A stretch of 64,000 bases of DNA from a virus. Within the stretch, counting starts at the first letter, position 1, and every line of letters begins with the position of its first letter. Positions 39,414 to 48,698 of this stretch are shown in pieces. Position numbers and translations under genes: made by a program. The DNA is taken from IMG/VR virus record IMGVR_UViG_3300010399_000036, positions 17,119 through 81,118 of that record. One strand, 5' to 3'. The notes under the pieces were generated by a model. It did no database searches, had not been told where the DNA came from, and saw nothing but the letters and a program-made list of their open reading frames with translations.

Positions 39414-39779
39414 TTACCTTTCGCCATGATGTTCGTCACATTCCTTCAGCGCGGATTCAAAGTCGTGGTTCACGTCTACCACGTGCTGTTTCAACTCAGC
39501 AATCTCCCGCCCCTGTTGTTCAACGAGCGCGATAAGCGTGTCGATGTCGTCAGGCGCGTTGGTAATGAAGTCGATATTTGCGGCGGCTTGCTCTACGCTG
39601 ATTCCGCGTCCTTTTGCTGCCTCTAGTGGCTGCGCGTACGCACGACACACTGCTACGTGCTTGTCATTGACTGCCCCGGCAACGTCGGAACCGTTGAACT
39701 GAGTCCACGGTAGACCCGTCACTTTTGAGCGCCGCTCTTTAATCACCTTCATTCGTTCTGCAAGGTCGTGGTTGATCAT
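39414..39779 (-). CDS. Ead/Ea22-like hypothetical protein
   Basis: IKERR.KVT..PW...ANIDFITNAPDDI.TLIALVE. Confidence 0.55.
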   Translation of the reverse strand: MINHDLAERMKVIKERRSKVTGLPWTQFNGSDVAGAVNDKHVAVCRAYAQPLEAAKGRGISVEQAAANIDFITNAPDDIDTLIALVEQQGREIAELKQHVVDVNHDFESALKECDEHHGER

Positions 39780-40018
39780 GGTTGCAGCCTTTCGTAGAGT
39801 GCGCGGGCGCGTTGACAGCGTTCGCCGTGGTTAACATCGTCACAACTACCACCGAACACCCCGAAACATAACCCTTTGGAGCCCGAGAGCACCTCACAGC
39901 CGAATGACTCCAGCACTTCACGGACTTCTGCAAGCGCGTTGTCAACTACGTCTGGTACGTCTTCGTCACCGTCCAACCCAACCAGCCTTGCGATATGCTC
40001 TGCTATTTCACTTGCCAT
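39776..40018 (-). CDS. hypothetical protein
   Basis: Coupled ORF. Confidence 0.55.
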   Translation of the reverse strand: MASEIAEHIARLVGLDGDEDVPDVVDNALAEVREVLESFGCEVLSGSKGLCFGVFGGSCDDVNHGERCQRARALYERLQP

Positions 40019-40233
40019 CAGTTACCTTCCTCTTCCTGCGTCTCAAGACTCCGCTGCACTTCTCGTACAGACTTAAACAACTCAGGCGCGAATCCCTTGC
40101 GACTCCCGTTTGGAAAGTAAGCAAACCCGCCTTCCGTGATCTTAATCGCGCCAACTACCTTGCCATCAAGCTTAACTTTTACTTGCCACGATCCGCGCCG
40201 ACCTTTTACGTGTTCGTATTCAATCATCGTCAC
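40018..40233 (-). CDS. hypothetical protein
   Basis: Coupled ORF. Confidence 0.6.
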   Translation of the reverse strand: MTMIEYEHVKGRRGSWQVKVKLDGKVVGAIKITEGGFAYFPNGSRKGFAPELFKSVREVQRSLETQEEEGN

Positions 40234-40580
40234 TCCTCTTCCTGCGCTGCGGAGTCGCGGCGAATGGCGGCTGCAATTTCCGTGCAGGCTCTCCGATGAA
40301 TGGTTGAGCCGATTCTCCGTCGGTATTCAGTATCCGCGATCTTCGCCGCCCGCTCCCGTTCCTCAGCCCGCACTTCCTCTTCCCGCTGGCGGAGCGCGTC
40401 AAGTAGAATGTCGCGCACCGGCAATCGACTGTAGCCGCCAAGATAGCGAGCATTGGTAACTTGCGCTGCCCCGTTGTGATGTTCCTGAATTAGAAGCAAG
40501 CGATCTGCCTTTTGCTTAGCACTGCCTGTAAACAACTGGTCCAAGATTGTGTTAACTGTTTCGTCAATCGTGCTGTTCAT
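40230..40580 (-). CDS. hypothetical protein
   Basis: Coupled ORF; EERERAAKIAD...C.EIAAAIR motif. Confidence 0.6.
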   Translation of the reverse strand: MNSTIDETVNTILDQLFTGSAKQKADRLLLIQEHHNGAAQVTNARYLGGYSRLPVRDILLDALRQREEEVRAEERERAAKIADTEYRRRIGSTIHRRACTEIAAAIRRDSAAQEEE

Positions 40581-40921
40581 TTGCTTTCTCCCAGTGCTGC
40601 TAGTGCGCGGCGCTTAATCTCCTGTCCGTGCGGCGAATCATCTAACTGCCAGTCGAAGCCCTGGATAAGTTGCAGCGCTTCTCTCAGCGCATCTCTTTCC
40701 GCTTCCAGTGCGCGAACCGTGTCGAAGGAATCTACGGCGGCTGAGATGGCGACCGTCAACCTCTTCACTTCGGGAAAATACGTGTCGTCTTCGTCGCAGT
40801 AGTGATTAGCGATCCGTTCTGCCGATTCACAGATAGCTTCATGTGCTTTATCCGAACGCCACGACGGCTCCAGTTCCCGCCTCTCTGTTGCTGCTGTGTC
40901 AGGTTTAGATTGGGTGGTCAT
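40577..40921 (-). CDS. hypothetical protein
   Basis: Coupled ORF. Confidence 0.6.
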   Translation of the reverse strand: MTTQSKPDTAATERRELEPSWRSDKAHEAICESAERIANHYCDEDDTYFPEVKRLTVAISAAVDSFDTVRALEAERDALREALQLIQGFDWQLDDSPHGQEIKRRALAALGESK

Positions 40922-41139
40922 AACTTGATGTCTCCGCGCTTTACTTCTTCACGAATAAGATTCGCCCCACTCACCGCTGATTCCACCGGACGCGGCCAGT
41001 CTCTAACGTCTTCTCTGGCCCATTTAATTGCCTGCTCGACCTCCCACGCAACGCGCTTTGTTAGGTTGTCAGTGTCAGGAGAGTTAATAAGCCTTCGGAG
41101 TGCCCGTAATTCCTTTTTAACTGTTGATTCAGCTTTCAT
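40918..41139 (-). CDS. hypothetical protein
   Basis: Coupled ORF. Confidence 0.6.
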   Translation of the reverse strand: MKAESTVKKELRALRRLINSPDTDNLTKRVAWEVEQAIKWAREDVRDWPRPVESAVSGANLIREEVKRGDIKL

Positions 41140-41164
41140 CCTTTCCCCTCTGCTTCAGTGTGGA

Positions 41165-41368
41165 TCATTTGGCCGCGCCGTCTTTTAATCCCTGCGCATA
41201 GGCATTTCGCAGCTCGTCAGCAACCCATGACCAATCACGAATGAAACTATTATCCTCCGGTTCGCCGCCATCCCAGTGATCGCGCTCACCTGAATCGTCA
41301 ACAATCACGAGACGATTGCGATAGTTGTAATCGTTTTCGATTGGTTCAACTTTAACGCTGTAGCTCAT
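41165..41368 (-). CDS. hypothetical protein
   Basis: DGGEPEDNSFIRDWSWV motif; RBS. Confidence 0.65.
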   Translation of the reverse strand: MSYSVKVEPIENDYNYRNRLVIVDDSGERDHWDGGEPEDNSFIRDWSWVADELRNAYAQGLKDGAAK

Positions 41369-41404
41369 CCTGCTTCTCCTCTGGTAGCAATAGCAGCGTC
41401 TGCG

Positions 41405-41719
41405 TCACGCTGCTTTCTTGAACGGATCGGGAACGTAAAGCCTGTCGGTCCAGTCCATCTTCTTGAAGTTGGCGCGACAAGTCTTGCAGTTGTGCCCGAT
41501 GACCACGCGTTGCTCTGCGATGGCATCACTGCCCATCAACTTGTCGGCTACCTGATCGCCACAACGTCCGCAGTACACGTAACCAAAACACATGGTTGCG
41601 ATACGACTATGACCGATAAGGGCGCAGACGATCTTGTTTCGCTGCTCTTTATCCTGTGGCTTCGCCGCCCGCACTTGGGCCAACAATGCAGACCGCGTTA
41701 TCTTCACTTCGTCAGCCAT
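41405..41719 (-). CDS. zinc-binding hypothetical protein
   Basis: CALIGHS...CGRCG...HNCKTC. Confidence 0.65.
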   Translation of the reverse strand: MADEVKITRSALLAQVRAAKPQDKEQRNKIVCALIGHSRIATMCFGYVYCGRCGDQVADKLMGSDAIAEQRVVIGHNCKTCRANFKKMDWTDRLYVPDPFKKAA

Positions 41720-41740
41720 TGCCTTATGCCGCCGCCTTTC

Positions 41741-41980
41741 TCAACACCAATGTTTCTTTAACGGCGCTTCGTCTTGAATTGCTATTCCATCTTTGAACGT
41801 ACAGCCATACAACACGTAAGCGCGATCACCCCACATCCGATATGCCTCACGCTTCGCCTTGCCGTCGCTTGGCGCATCAAAGGTTTCGTAAACTGCGGCG
41901 TCGTCTGTGTCGCCATTGGCAGCACGTGGATCAAAGACAATGTAGACTCGCTTGCCGTCAGGTTCTTTCGATCTCTTCAT
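41741..41980 (-). CDS. hypothetical protein
   Basis: YIVFDPRA..GDTDDAAV. Confidence 0.6.
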   Translation of the reverse strand: MKRSKEPDGKRVYIVFDPRAANGDTDDAAVYETFDAPSDGKAKREAYRMWGDRAYVLYGCTFKDGIAIQDEAPLKKHWC

Positions 41981-42342
41981 GCCGCTTCTCTTTCCTCTGG
42001 TAGTATCGGACCACCGGCCCGCCTGATCGCTTTTAATACCGCTTTCTCCATCTGATCGTGCGACATCTTTTCATCTAGAATTGTATGAACCGTCAGACAG
42101 GCCCAAGCGACCATATAAATGTCATTGCCGTGCATCAGTCTTCGCTTCTTCGAATGTGCGGGCGTTCGTGACTTGTCACAGTCATGCGGTATAAATCCAA
42201 ACTCGCATTTCTTTCTGCCGGCCGCTTCCATGCGTGGTCTTAACCAGGCCCATACATCACGCCATTGCTTTGTGCGTGGGCCAACCTTGTTCATTGGCTT
42301 GCGGCCTACTTTGAAGGTGCTGTTGTGGCGGTATTCGTTCAT
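41977..42342 (-). CDS. HNH-like zinc-binding nuclease-like protein
   Basis: CE......C....TPAHSKKRR......AC..VH..LD; likely start 42342. Confidence 0.5.
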   Translation of the reverse strand: MNEYRHNSTFKVGRKPMNKVGPRTKQWRDVWAWLRPRMEAAGRKKCEFGFIPHDCDKSRTPAHSKKRRLMHGNDIYMVAWACLTVHTILDEKMSHDQMEKAVLKAIRRAGGPILPEEREAA

Positions 42343-42343
42343 G

Positions 42344-42673
42344 TTACTTCTGCACAAATCCGTCGCAGTTCTCCAGCCACACCGGATCGAAGTTCCAAGG
42401 CCAGTTGAACCAACCGCGTCGTATCCCCGTAGGGTTGCCGCGCACATTCAACTTCTCAGCCTTCTGGCTGATCATCGGCGGGACGCGCCCGACAGACGCG
42501 AATGTCGCCATTATGTTGCCGAACGGATCATCATTCGCGCCGACGACCGGATGCGCACAGAAACTATGAGCACTGCCCGGCACTTCACGCCGAAACTTGC
42601 AGCCGTAGCAGTTTGGTTTCTTCGTTTCCCCTGCTCCGCTTATTGGTGTTTCAACTTCTGTCTCTGGTTTCAT
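42344..42673 (-). CDS. Cys-rich hypothetical protein
   Basis: CYGCKFR..VPGSAHS.C.HP...GIRRGWFNWPWNFDPVWLENCDGF; AAGGAGG RBS before 42673. Confidence 0.7.
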   Translation of the reverse strand: MKPETEVETPISGAGETKKPNCYGCKFRREVPGSAHSFCAHPVVGANDDPFGNIMATFASVGRVPPMISQKAEKLNVRGNPTGIRRGWFNWPWNFDPVWLENCDGFVQK

Positions 42674-43453
42674 GCCGTCTAAAGGCGATCCTCCTTTTGT
42701 GTTAAGTGGCCGTCTCTCCGGCCCGTCACGCCTAACATGTTTACCCGTTGGCTCAGCGGCGTTCCCGATACCGCGAGTCAATAATGCGCCGAAATCAAAG
42801 CGACCATCTCACGCGCCTTCGTCTCAGAGTTTTCCTGCCCGATGATTGAATCCTTCGGATCAAGAATTCCTTTGCATTGAACGTAAGTGATAAACCCGCG
42901 ATGGTCTGCCACTATGTAATAAGTCTTCCGCTTGGCGTCTTTGTCTTTTCCGCAAAGTGTGCATATGTTCATGGTTTCAATCCTCCACTATCTAATGTGA
43001 TAACAGAGGCCGTTTGTTCACTCTGATTCGAGCGGCGTATAACAGTCAGGTGGCAATCCGGCGCACTTACACTTACTTGCCTGATTACACGCGCCATCGC
43101 ATCCGTGATAGCCCTCATGGTGCCCGCAGGGGCACATCTTTGGCCCGTTCTTGTAGGCCCAGGTCGGACAGTATGGGGAACTATCAGTTGGTCCGGGATT
43201 GCTGTCGCTAACAGGTCCGGGCATCTCAATACCTCCAGTACTTTTGAAATGAAGCGTCAATAATTTTCCAGTCCACCTTTTTGCTGCCCTTCCGCATCAC
43301 CTTGAGAAAATCCGCAGCGGCATCAACCGAAGCGAACGACATGGACTCGTTAACTCTAATACCCCTCAGCACGCCGCTTATGAACTGTTTTGTGAAATAA
43401 AGTGTGGTCATCTTGCCCTCCTGCTGCTTAGTGTGATTCAGGAAGCGATTTGT

Positions 43454-43687
43454 TCACTTGCTTTCCAGAACGATTCGTGTTCGCGCCCTCTCTTCGTATT
43501 CCAGCGTCTTCCCGCTTTCAAGCCAGTCTGCTGCTGCTCTTAAATCAGCGATCGCAATGTCTTTAGTTGAAAAGCAGATCAGGTACTCCGATTCGAATCC
43601 AGTTAACCCGATCTCTACTTCACGGAAATGCTGGTCAGTGATAGCGGCTGAGATTTCGTTAAAGGCTGTGTTACTAAGAATCGCCAT
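43454..43687 (-). CDS. hypothetical protein
   Basis: GGAGG RBS. Confidence 0.55.
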   Translation of the reverse strand: MAILSNTAFNEISAAITDQHFREVEIGLTGFESEYLICFSTKDIAIADLRAAADWLESGKTLEYEERARTRIVLESK

Positions 43688-44051
43688 GAAGCCTCCCCGC
43701 TGATATTTCTTCGTCGGCCGTGATTACGTCTGGCCATTCGCGATGATCGTCGCCAGTTATCTTTTCCAGTTCTTGATCGACCAGCTCCTGGATCTCGTCA
43801 TAACTGCGACAGCGAATGTATAGGTGCCACGTCCACCAGAGACGGTTACGCACGGTGCTCCACACGTCTGAAATTAGTTGACGCAAAACGTAGCGGAGAA
43901 TGCCGCCGTAACCGCCCAACGCTCGAAACATCACTGAGAAGCACATGTAAGTGACGAGGAAGGGCGGCATGATGTCGGCGTGCTCAAAACAATCCCGAGC
44001 AGCCTTACAGCGCTCCTTGTACAGCGTTTCATCCGGTGGTTTAATCAACAT
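43674..44051 (-). CDS. hypothetical protein
   Basis: ORF in chain. Confidence 0.55.
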   Translation of the reverse strand: MLIKPPDETLYKERCKAARDCFEHADIMPPFLVTYMCFSVMFRALGGYGGILRYVLRQLISDVWSTVRNRLWWTWHLYIRCRSYDEIQELVDQELEKITGDDHREWPDVITADEEISAGRLHGDS

Positions 44052-44300
44052 CCCATTGCTATCAATTCCCTCCTACTACTAAGGGCGCAGAAAGTGATCG
44101 ATTACCGCCATACCTCTGAGACATTTTCTGCGTCCTGTTCCATCTCACTCGGCGCCAGCTTGCTAATGTTCTCTTCTGTATCCGTAATTGTTCCTGCCGT
44201 TGCCGCTTCGGGACATTGAAAGCGCCCTTGTGCGCAAGGCTCCGTTAGGCACTTATCGCAAACTGTTACTATCTTTTGTGATGGAAACATTTGATTTCTC

Positions 44301-44753
44301 CTACTCCAGCACCTTGCCTGTTTCGATTATTCTGTCGAGATAAGCAACCGCAATGCGGGCCTGTTCCTTAAGTTGTGTGATTTCAGGCAGAGTCTTGGAA
44401 GCGGACCAGTCTGAGGCATAAGGTTCGGGCCACGCTCTTACGTCGGTTTCTGCGCCATCGTCCCAATCGGGATTACCCGAAAACAAAATGTCCGCCTCGT
44501 CAACGGTTAGGTTGAGCGCCTCGGCTGCAAGAAAAGGAATGTCGAGGTTTGATATATACCGCTGCCGCTGGAGGGTCAGCAGCGGCACCCGATCCGACAG
44601 AACGCAGGCCCAACCCGCGATACAGGCGGCAGTCCCACACGGCGCTTCTTCTTCGCGTCGCCCGTAGGTTTCCTGATCGTACGCTTCCGGGGTGGCCGCG
44701 ATCTTCTCCCGAATCTTCTTGAACAATTCGATATTCAATCTTTCTTTGCTCAT
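44301..44753 (-). CDS. hypothetical protein with CGTAACIAGWA motif
   Basis: YDQ..Y.....CGTAACIAGWA...AAEALNL. Confidence 0.7.
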   Translation of the reverse strand: MSKERLNIELFKKIREKIAATPEAYDQETYGRREEEAPCGTAACIAGWACVLSDRVPLLTLQRQRYISNLDIPFLAAEALNLTVDEADILFSGNPDWDDGAETDVRAWPEPYASDWSASKTLPEITQLKEQARIAVAYLDRIIETGKVLE

Positions 44754-45175
44754 GCCGCTGATTCCTCTCTATCAATTTCACATTCAACTAAACTGCGAAT
44801 TCCAGGATGCTCTGCTCTGAATTGAACCGCTGAATGGTGATTGCATTGACACCAGAGATAGTTGCAATCTTCGCAGCCTCCGTTTGTGCATTCATCGGAG
44901 ATCGCGCTACCTACTGGAATGCAATCGACTACCTGAAACTCCCTTTCGTCATACGGCCAGCCTCTTGATGGAACATTACTAAGCGCAAGAGATACCGCTT
45001 CATCTCTTGATGGAGCACAAAGTTTGAATTCGTGACGTATGCGCTTAGATCCGAATATCCCAAGATTCTGCTTGAGCGTTACCTTGATGCTGAATTCAAA
45101 CCAGGGAGCTTGGCGGATTCGAGTGTCTGAGTGATCGAACTTGGCGTACGGTAACTTTGTTTCTTGATTGATCAT
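44750..45175 (-). CDS. hypothetical protein with C-terminal Cys cluster
   Basis: C..GGCEDC...WCQC.HH. Confidence 0.6.
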   Translation of the reverse strand: MINQETKLPYAKFDHSDTRIRQAPWFEFSIKVTLKQNLGIFGSKRIRHEFKLCAPSRDEAVSLALSNVPSRGWPYDEREFQVVDCIPVGSAISDECTNGGCEDCNYLWCQCNHHSAVQFRAEHPGIRSLVECEIDREESAA

Positions 45176-45417
45176 GACTTACCTCTAATAGCCGACGCGG
45201 ATTCTGTGTGTAGCTTGGTGATCTGCTTTGCGAATTCATCTCCCGCCGTGGCCTCGTACTTCAACACCTAACTCCCCGGGCAACCCGGTTTGCGAAAGAA
45301 TAAATACGCTTCCCAGTCGCCGATGCGATAGTGAGACAACAGCCCACGAACCTCATTCATCAAGCCATTGAGATCGTGATCGAACATTGCCATTGCTTGC
45401 TCTTTGCTGACCGTCAT
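45172..45417 (-). pseudogene. 81-codon ORF interrupted by one in-frame TAG
   Basis: MTVSKEQ...GCPGS*VLKYEA...GKS; the distal stop overlaps the next ATG (ATGA). Confidence 0.5.
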
Positions 45418-45444
45418 CACTCATTCCCTTCCTGTGGTGAAAAA

Positions 45445-45858
45445 CTAAATGTCAGTTCGCCCTACGTCCTCCAGAGCGGCCTTGCATTCCGCTTTGAGAT
45501 CAAACAGGTCCCGGTCAGCGGGTATCTTGGCTTGACGTAGCGCCGCGAAGACGCAAACCGGACAACCATCTGCTTGCTTGCGCAGCACTGGCATAGCTTC
45601 CGTGAGCGCCGTGTACAGTGGCGACGGCTTGCCGTGCCACATCTCATCATTTGTGCGCGTGTCTGGCATGTTCGGATCGGGCAATAACGCTATCAACCGC
45701 TCAAGTGGCGTGTGGCGCGTTTCCAAGACCTCGCACATGCGACAGACGCGTCCGGGGTTATTCGTGCAGTGCTCCTCATGCTCCCTCATTGCCGCAGCGT
45801 GACAATTCGCCTTCTTGCAGAAATCGCAGTAGTAGCGCCAGACCCTCCGCTTTCTCAT
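45445..45858 (-). CDS. zinc-finger protein
   Basis: YYCDFCKK...HEEHCT.NP.RVCRMC...CPVC. Confidence 0.7.
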   Translation of the reverse strand: MRKRRVWRYYCDFCKKANCHAAAMREHEEHCTNNPGRVCRMCEVLETRHTPLERLIALLPDPNMPDTRTNDEMWHGKPSPLYTALTEAMPVLRKQADGCPVCVFAALRQAKIPADRDLFDLKAECKAALEDVGRTDI

Positions 45859-46207
45859 TGCTTTTCCGCTTTTCGATTACGCCTTATTTGTTGCCTGCAT
45901 GCGTGCGATTCATCGCGTCTAATCCACGCAAAGCAATCAGCACATTGGACTTTCGTTTCCGGGACTTTCTCTTCTTCGCTCATTGTTTTGTTGTGTGCGG
46001 CACTCATAACGGCATGTCTCTTTCGTTGATTCGCTCAATCAGCCGTAGCAGACCCGAGCAGACGTCGAGTACATCATCGAAAGTTCCGAAGTCACGTGCG
46101 GCGGCAATCTCCAACTCCAGCATAGCTATTGAACCAGCAATGCTCTCCGCGTCGTTCGGCGGGACAACGCTAACGCCACCGTCATCAATTGGTTCGTATC
46201 GCATCGT

Positions 46208-46519
46208 TCAGATCCTCTCTGCATCGGGCGCTTCAAAGAATCCGTACACACATCGCGCAGCCGTGCGCTGAACGCCGCCCTCGGTGTAGATCGTCCACCA
46301 CTGAGGATCGCCGGTGTCGTGGATTGCTCGTGCGGACGACTTGCCGCGCTTACGAGTTCCCGTGCGTTCCGATTGCGCCAACGCATTGATCGCGTCATAA
46401 ACTTCTTGATACGGCTTGCCAGTGGCGATAGCGATAGATCGCACCACGCAATCGCCTGCCTGGCCCTTGTAACCAGCGGCGGCACGTCCGCCATCGTCTC
46501 TTTGGAATTCCATTTTCAT
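46208..46519 (-). CDS. phage hypothetical protein (DDGGR..GDCVVR type), possibly internally deleted
   Basis: DDGGRAAAGYKG.AGDCVVRSIAIATG.PY...HDT.D...RCVYG. Confidence 0.6.
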   Translation of the reverse strand: MKMEFQRDDGGRAAAGYKGQAGDCVVRSIAIATGKPYQEVYDAINALAQSERTGTRKRGKSSARAIHDTGDPQWWTIYTEGGVQRTAARCVYGFFEAPDAERI

Positions 46520-46659
46520 ATCTTCACCGCCTGTACCACGCTAATCTTGTCAGCCGTCTTAGAAAACGACTCCGCAATAACTGGAATAATCGCGTTCTTG
46601 AACACCATCAGCACCACGATCAAGATCAAAGCTATAGCTATTAGTTCAAAACGTTTCAT
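46516..46659 (-). CDS. Flp pilin-like membrane peptide (47 aa, absent from ORF track)
   Basis: MKRFELIAIALILIVVLMVFKNAIIPVIAESFSKTADKISVVQAVKI; ATGA overlaps on both sides. Confidence 0.5.
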   Translation of the reverse strand: MKRFELIAIALILIVVLMVFKNAIIPVIAESFSKTADKISVVQAVKI

Positions 46660-46895
46660 GAGTCTTTATTCTCCGTGTCGGGATTCGCCTTCGCTCCGCA
46701 GAACGGGCAGAAGGTGACAACGATTGTCGGCGGCTTCTTTCCGCGAATCTTCTTATCGGAATCTTTCCAGTGTGTACCGATGCTCAAAGTCACTGCCGTC
46801 AAGCTGAGGTTCTCGCCAAGCAGGAAGGATGTATCAAGCGCGAAGTTCTGCTCCGCAAGCTTCTCATCGATGCGTGTTATGCAATCGCAGTTCAT
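46656..46895 (-). CDS. small zinc-binding protein
   Basis: N-terminal CDC and C-terminal FCPFCG. Confidence 0.7.
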   Translation of the reverse strand: MNCDCITRIDEKLAEQNFALDTSFLLGENLSLTAVTLSIGTHWKDSDKKIRGKKPPTIVVTFCPFCGAKANPDTENKDS

Positions 46896-47236
46896 TGCCG
46901 TACTCCATTGCCTTCCAGCTTTATCAACTCCCTAAGCACGGCCGGCTTGATGAATCGCCCCTTGCCATCGCAGTAACGACAGTCCCGTTCGATCTGCGGA
47001 AAAACGCCATGCTCGTTCGGCTCTGCGAAGTAGCCGTTTTCCTTAACCTTCCCGGTCCCGCCACACTTGCGGCACTCGGCGGAAGGCGAATGAGGATCGT
47101 CAATAGGTAGTCCGCTAATCTTCCCACGCGCAGCGCCGTGCATCTTGCCGCCGCATCTACATTTGCATGTCGGATGTTTAGCGTTCTCACATTCCGAAGC
47201 CGCTGATGCTGATAGCGCTCTTTGTCGTGTTGCCAT
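46892..47236 (-). CDS. zinc-finger protein with DnaJ-type CxxCxGxG repeats
   Basis: CENA...CKCRCGG..HG; CRKCGGTG; CRYCDGKG. Confidence 0.7.
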   Translation of the reverse strand: MATRQRALSASAASECENAKHPTCKCRCGGKMHGAARGKISGLPIDDPHSPSAECRKCGGTGKVKENGYFAEPNEHGVFPQIERDCRYCDGKGRFIKPAVLRELIKLEGNGVRQ

Positions 47237-47241
47237 ATTCC

Positions 47242-47592
47242 TTACGCAGCCTTTCTTAGTTGCTTGCTGGTTCTCACGCCGAGGCGCGACAGCACACTCC
47301 AGACATGGGCGCACATATGTGACTCTTTTGGTTTGCCGGTTGCTAAAATATATTCAGCATTGGCCTGGCACGGTCGGCCTGTGTACCAGTCGCGGCAGTC
47401 CGCTGTCTCATTCATCAGGTCAATCGTTACGCGCCTCTTGGTTTTATCTTTGTGGTTGAACTTCGATCCAAATGGCGTCACGCGATAGGCAAACTTCCAA
47501 CCGAGACCCTTAACCTTTCGAATCCACATTGACGCAGCTCGCGCTTGGATCAACTCGCTTGGTGTCTCTGTGATTAAAGTTAAGCTGAGCAT
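47242..47592 (-). CDS. SWIM-like zinc-finger protein
   Basis: DC......C...MCAHVWSV. Confidence 0.55.
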   Translation of the reverse strand: MLSLTLITETPSELIQARAASMWIRKVKGLGWKFAYRVTPFGSKFNHKDKTKRRVTIDLMNETADCRDWYTGRPCQANAEYILATGKPKESHMCAHVWSVLSRLGVRTSKQLRKAA

Positions 47593-47779
47593 CTTTTTCC
47601 CCTGGCATTAATAGCGAGCGAAACCGTCTTCAATAGCATCAAGGAATCGCTCGTCTTGTGCGGCTTGCTGTTCTTTTTGTAGCTCGCGATTGCATTCCGA
47701 CTTATTACAGACCCAAAGCCGAGCGTTGCCGACATAATCCCAATCGCTTAAATGATGTCGTCATGGATCGCTCCCTCCA

Positions 47780-48055
47780 TCAATCACAATTCAACGTCGC
47801 CAACCGACTCGCATATTCATTAGGACTCGCGCCCTGAACGGCGGCGGCTTTGCACGAATCGCAAACCCGTCCAGCATTAAGAAACGCATTCAGCGCCTTG
47901 TGCCCCGTAAACCAAACGCCCGCATTGCAACGCGAACAGCGGGAACCTAAAGCGTTCTTGCGTCGGCGATCTTCTTTAGTGCGGAGCACCCGCATCAACG
48001 GCGTGGTATCGAGTTTCAGTTTGTTTGCCATCTTCGTCTCCCTCGCCTCTACCAA
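47780..48055 (-). CDS. zinc-ribbon protein, first gene of the left operon
   Basis: CSRC...CDSC. Confidence 0.55.
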   Translation of the reverse strand: MVEARETKMANKLKLDTTPLMRVLRTKEDRRRKNALGSRCSRCNAGVWFTGHKALNAFLNAGRVCDSCKAAAVQGASPNEYASRLATLNCD

Positions 48056-48079
48056 TGATTAACTCTCTCAACAAAATGA

Positions 48080-48202
48080 ATTATAGACACGCGTAGAGAA
48101 ATTGTCAACCGTTATTTTGCCTTTTCTTGCTGTAATCGCAACTTGTGAGAAATAAGCGGGTTACAGTAAGTTGTTGACTTTCTCTACCGCTGTCTATAAA
48201 AT
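48080..48202. promoter_or_regulatory. twin divergent sigma70-like promoters with shared spacer sequence
   Basis: Left TTGACA-N17-TATAAT; right TTGACT-N17-TAAAAT; both contain TTTCTCTAC..TGTCTATAA. Confidence 0.75.
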
Positions 48203-48208
48203 CCAGTT

Positions 48209-48487
48209 ATGAACAGCGACGAGATGACGGTGCCCGAAGCGGCTGAACTGAAGGGTTGCCATCGTACCTGGATCAATTATTTGATCAGAGAAGGGCGGCT
48301 AAAGGCTAGGCGTGTAGGTCCAGTCTACTTAATACGTTTGAAGGATTTAGAGGCGTGCAAAGTCCGCCATCGGGAAAAGCCTGATAGCAACGGACACACA
48401 AAAACCTTGCCGCAACGGCGGACTCACGGTAAAAAGGTTCGCGCGAAAACTACCGCAAAGTTATCAGCATCAAGGCAAGGTCGATAA
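48209..48487 (+). CDS. excisionase/MerR-type HTH (HTH_17) DNA-binding protein
   Basis: MTVPEAAELKGCHRTWINYLIREGRLKARRVG..YLI. Confidence 0.85.
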   Translation: MNSDEMTVPEAAELKGCHRTWINYLIREGRLKARRVGPVYLIRLKDLEACKVRHREKPDSNGHTKTLPQRRTHGKKVRAKTTAKLSASRQGR

Positions 48488-48632
48488 CGATGATCGGGAT
48501 TTCGATTGTCGGGGCCGTGCAATTTTCAGTGCAGGGTGGCGGATCTTGTTTACCGGGAAACGGAATGTCGCCAGCACGGGCAGGGGCTGACAGAGAAACG
48601 GCCAGCAGGGAGAGCGCGAGCAGTCTTTTCAT
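48450..48632 (-). CDS. small secreted pro-peptide
   Basis: Signal peptide MKRLLALSLLAVSLSAPARA, then GDIPFPGKQDPPPC...C and a hydrophobic C-terminus; GGAG RBS; extended -10 TGcTATACT. Confidence 0.7.
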   Translation of the reverse strand: MKRLLALSLLAVSLSAPARAGDIPFPGKQDPPPCTENCTAPTIEIPIIVIDLALMLITLR

Positions 48633-48698
48633 GATTACACTCCGGGTTGTAAATAGTTGAAGCGCGCGAAGTATAGCACTTTAGCAGCAAGCTGCACT

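Larger units (their letters stand above)
34495..48055 (-). other. leftward early operon of about 40 small, mostly coupled hypothetical ORFs
   Basis: Chain of minus-strand ORFs with ATGA/GTGA overlaps and RBS motifs, many with CxxC. Confidence 0.85.

Noticed and set aside
45268-45270. Genome-wide amber stop recoding
   Set aside because: Many long genes end normally at TAG (4228, 7332, 17036, 24853) with the next gene immediately after, and no suppressor tRNA was seen
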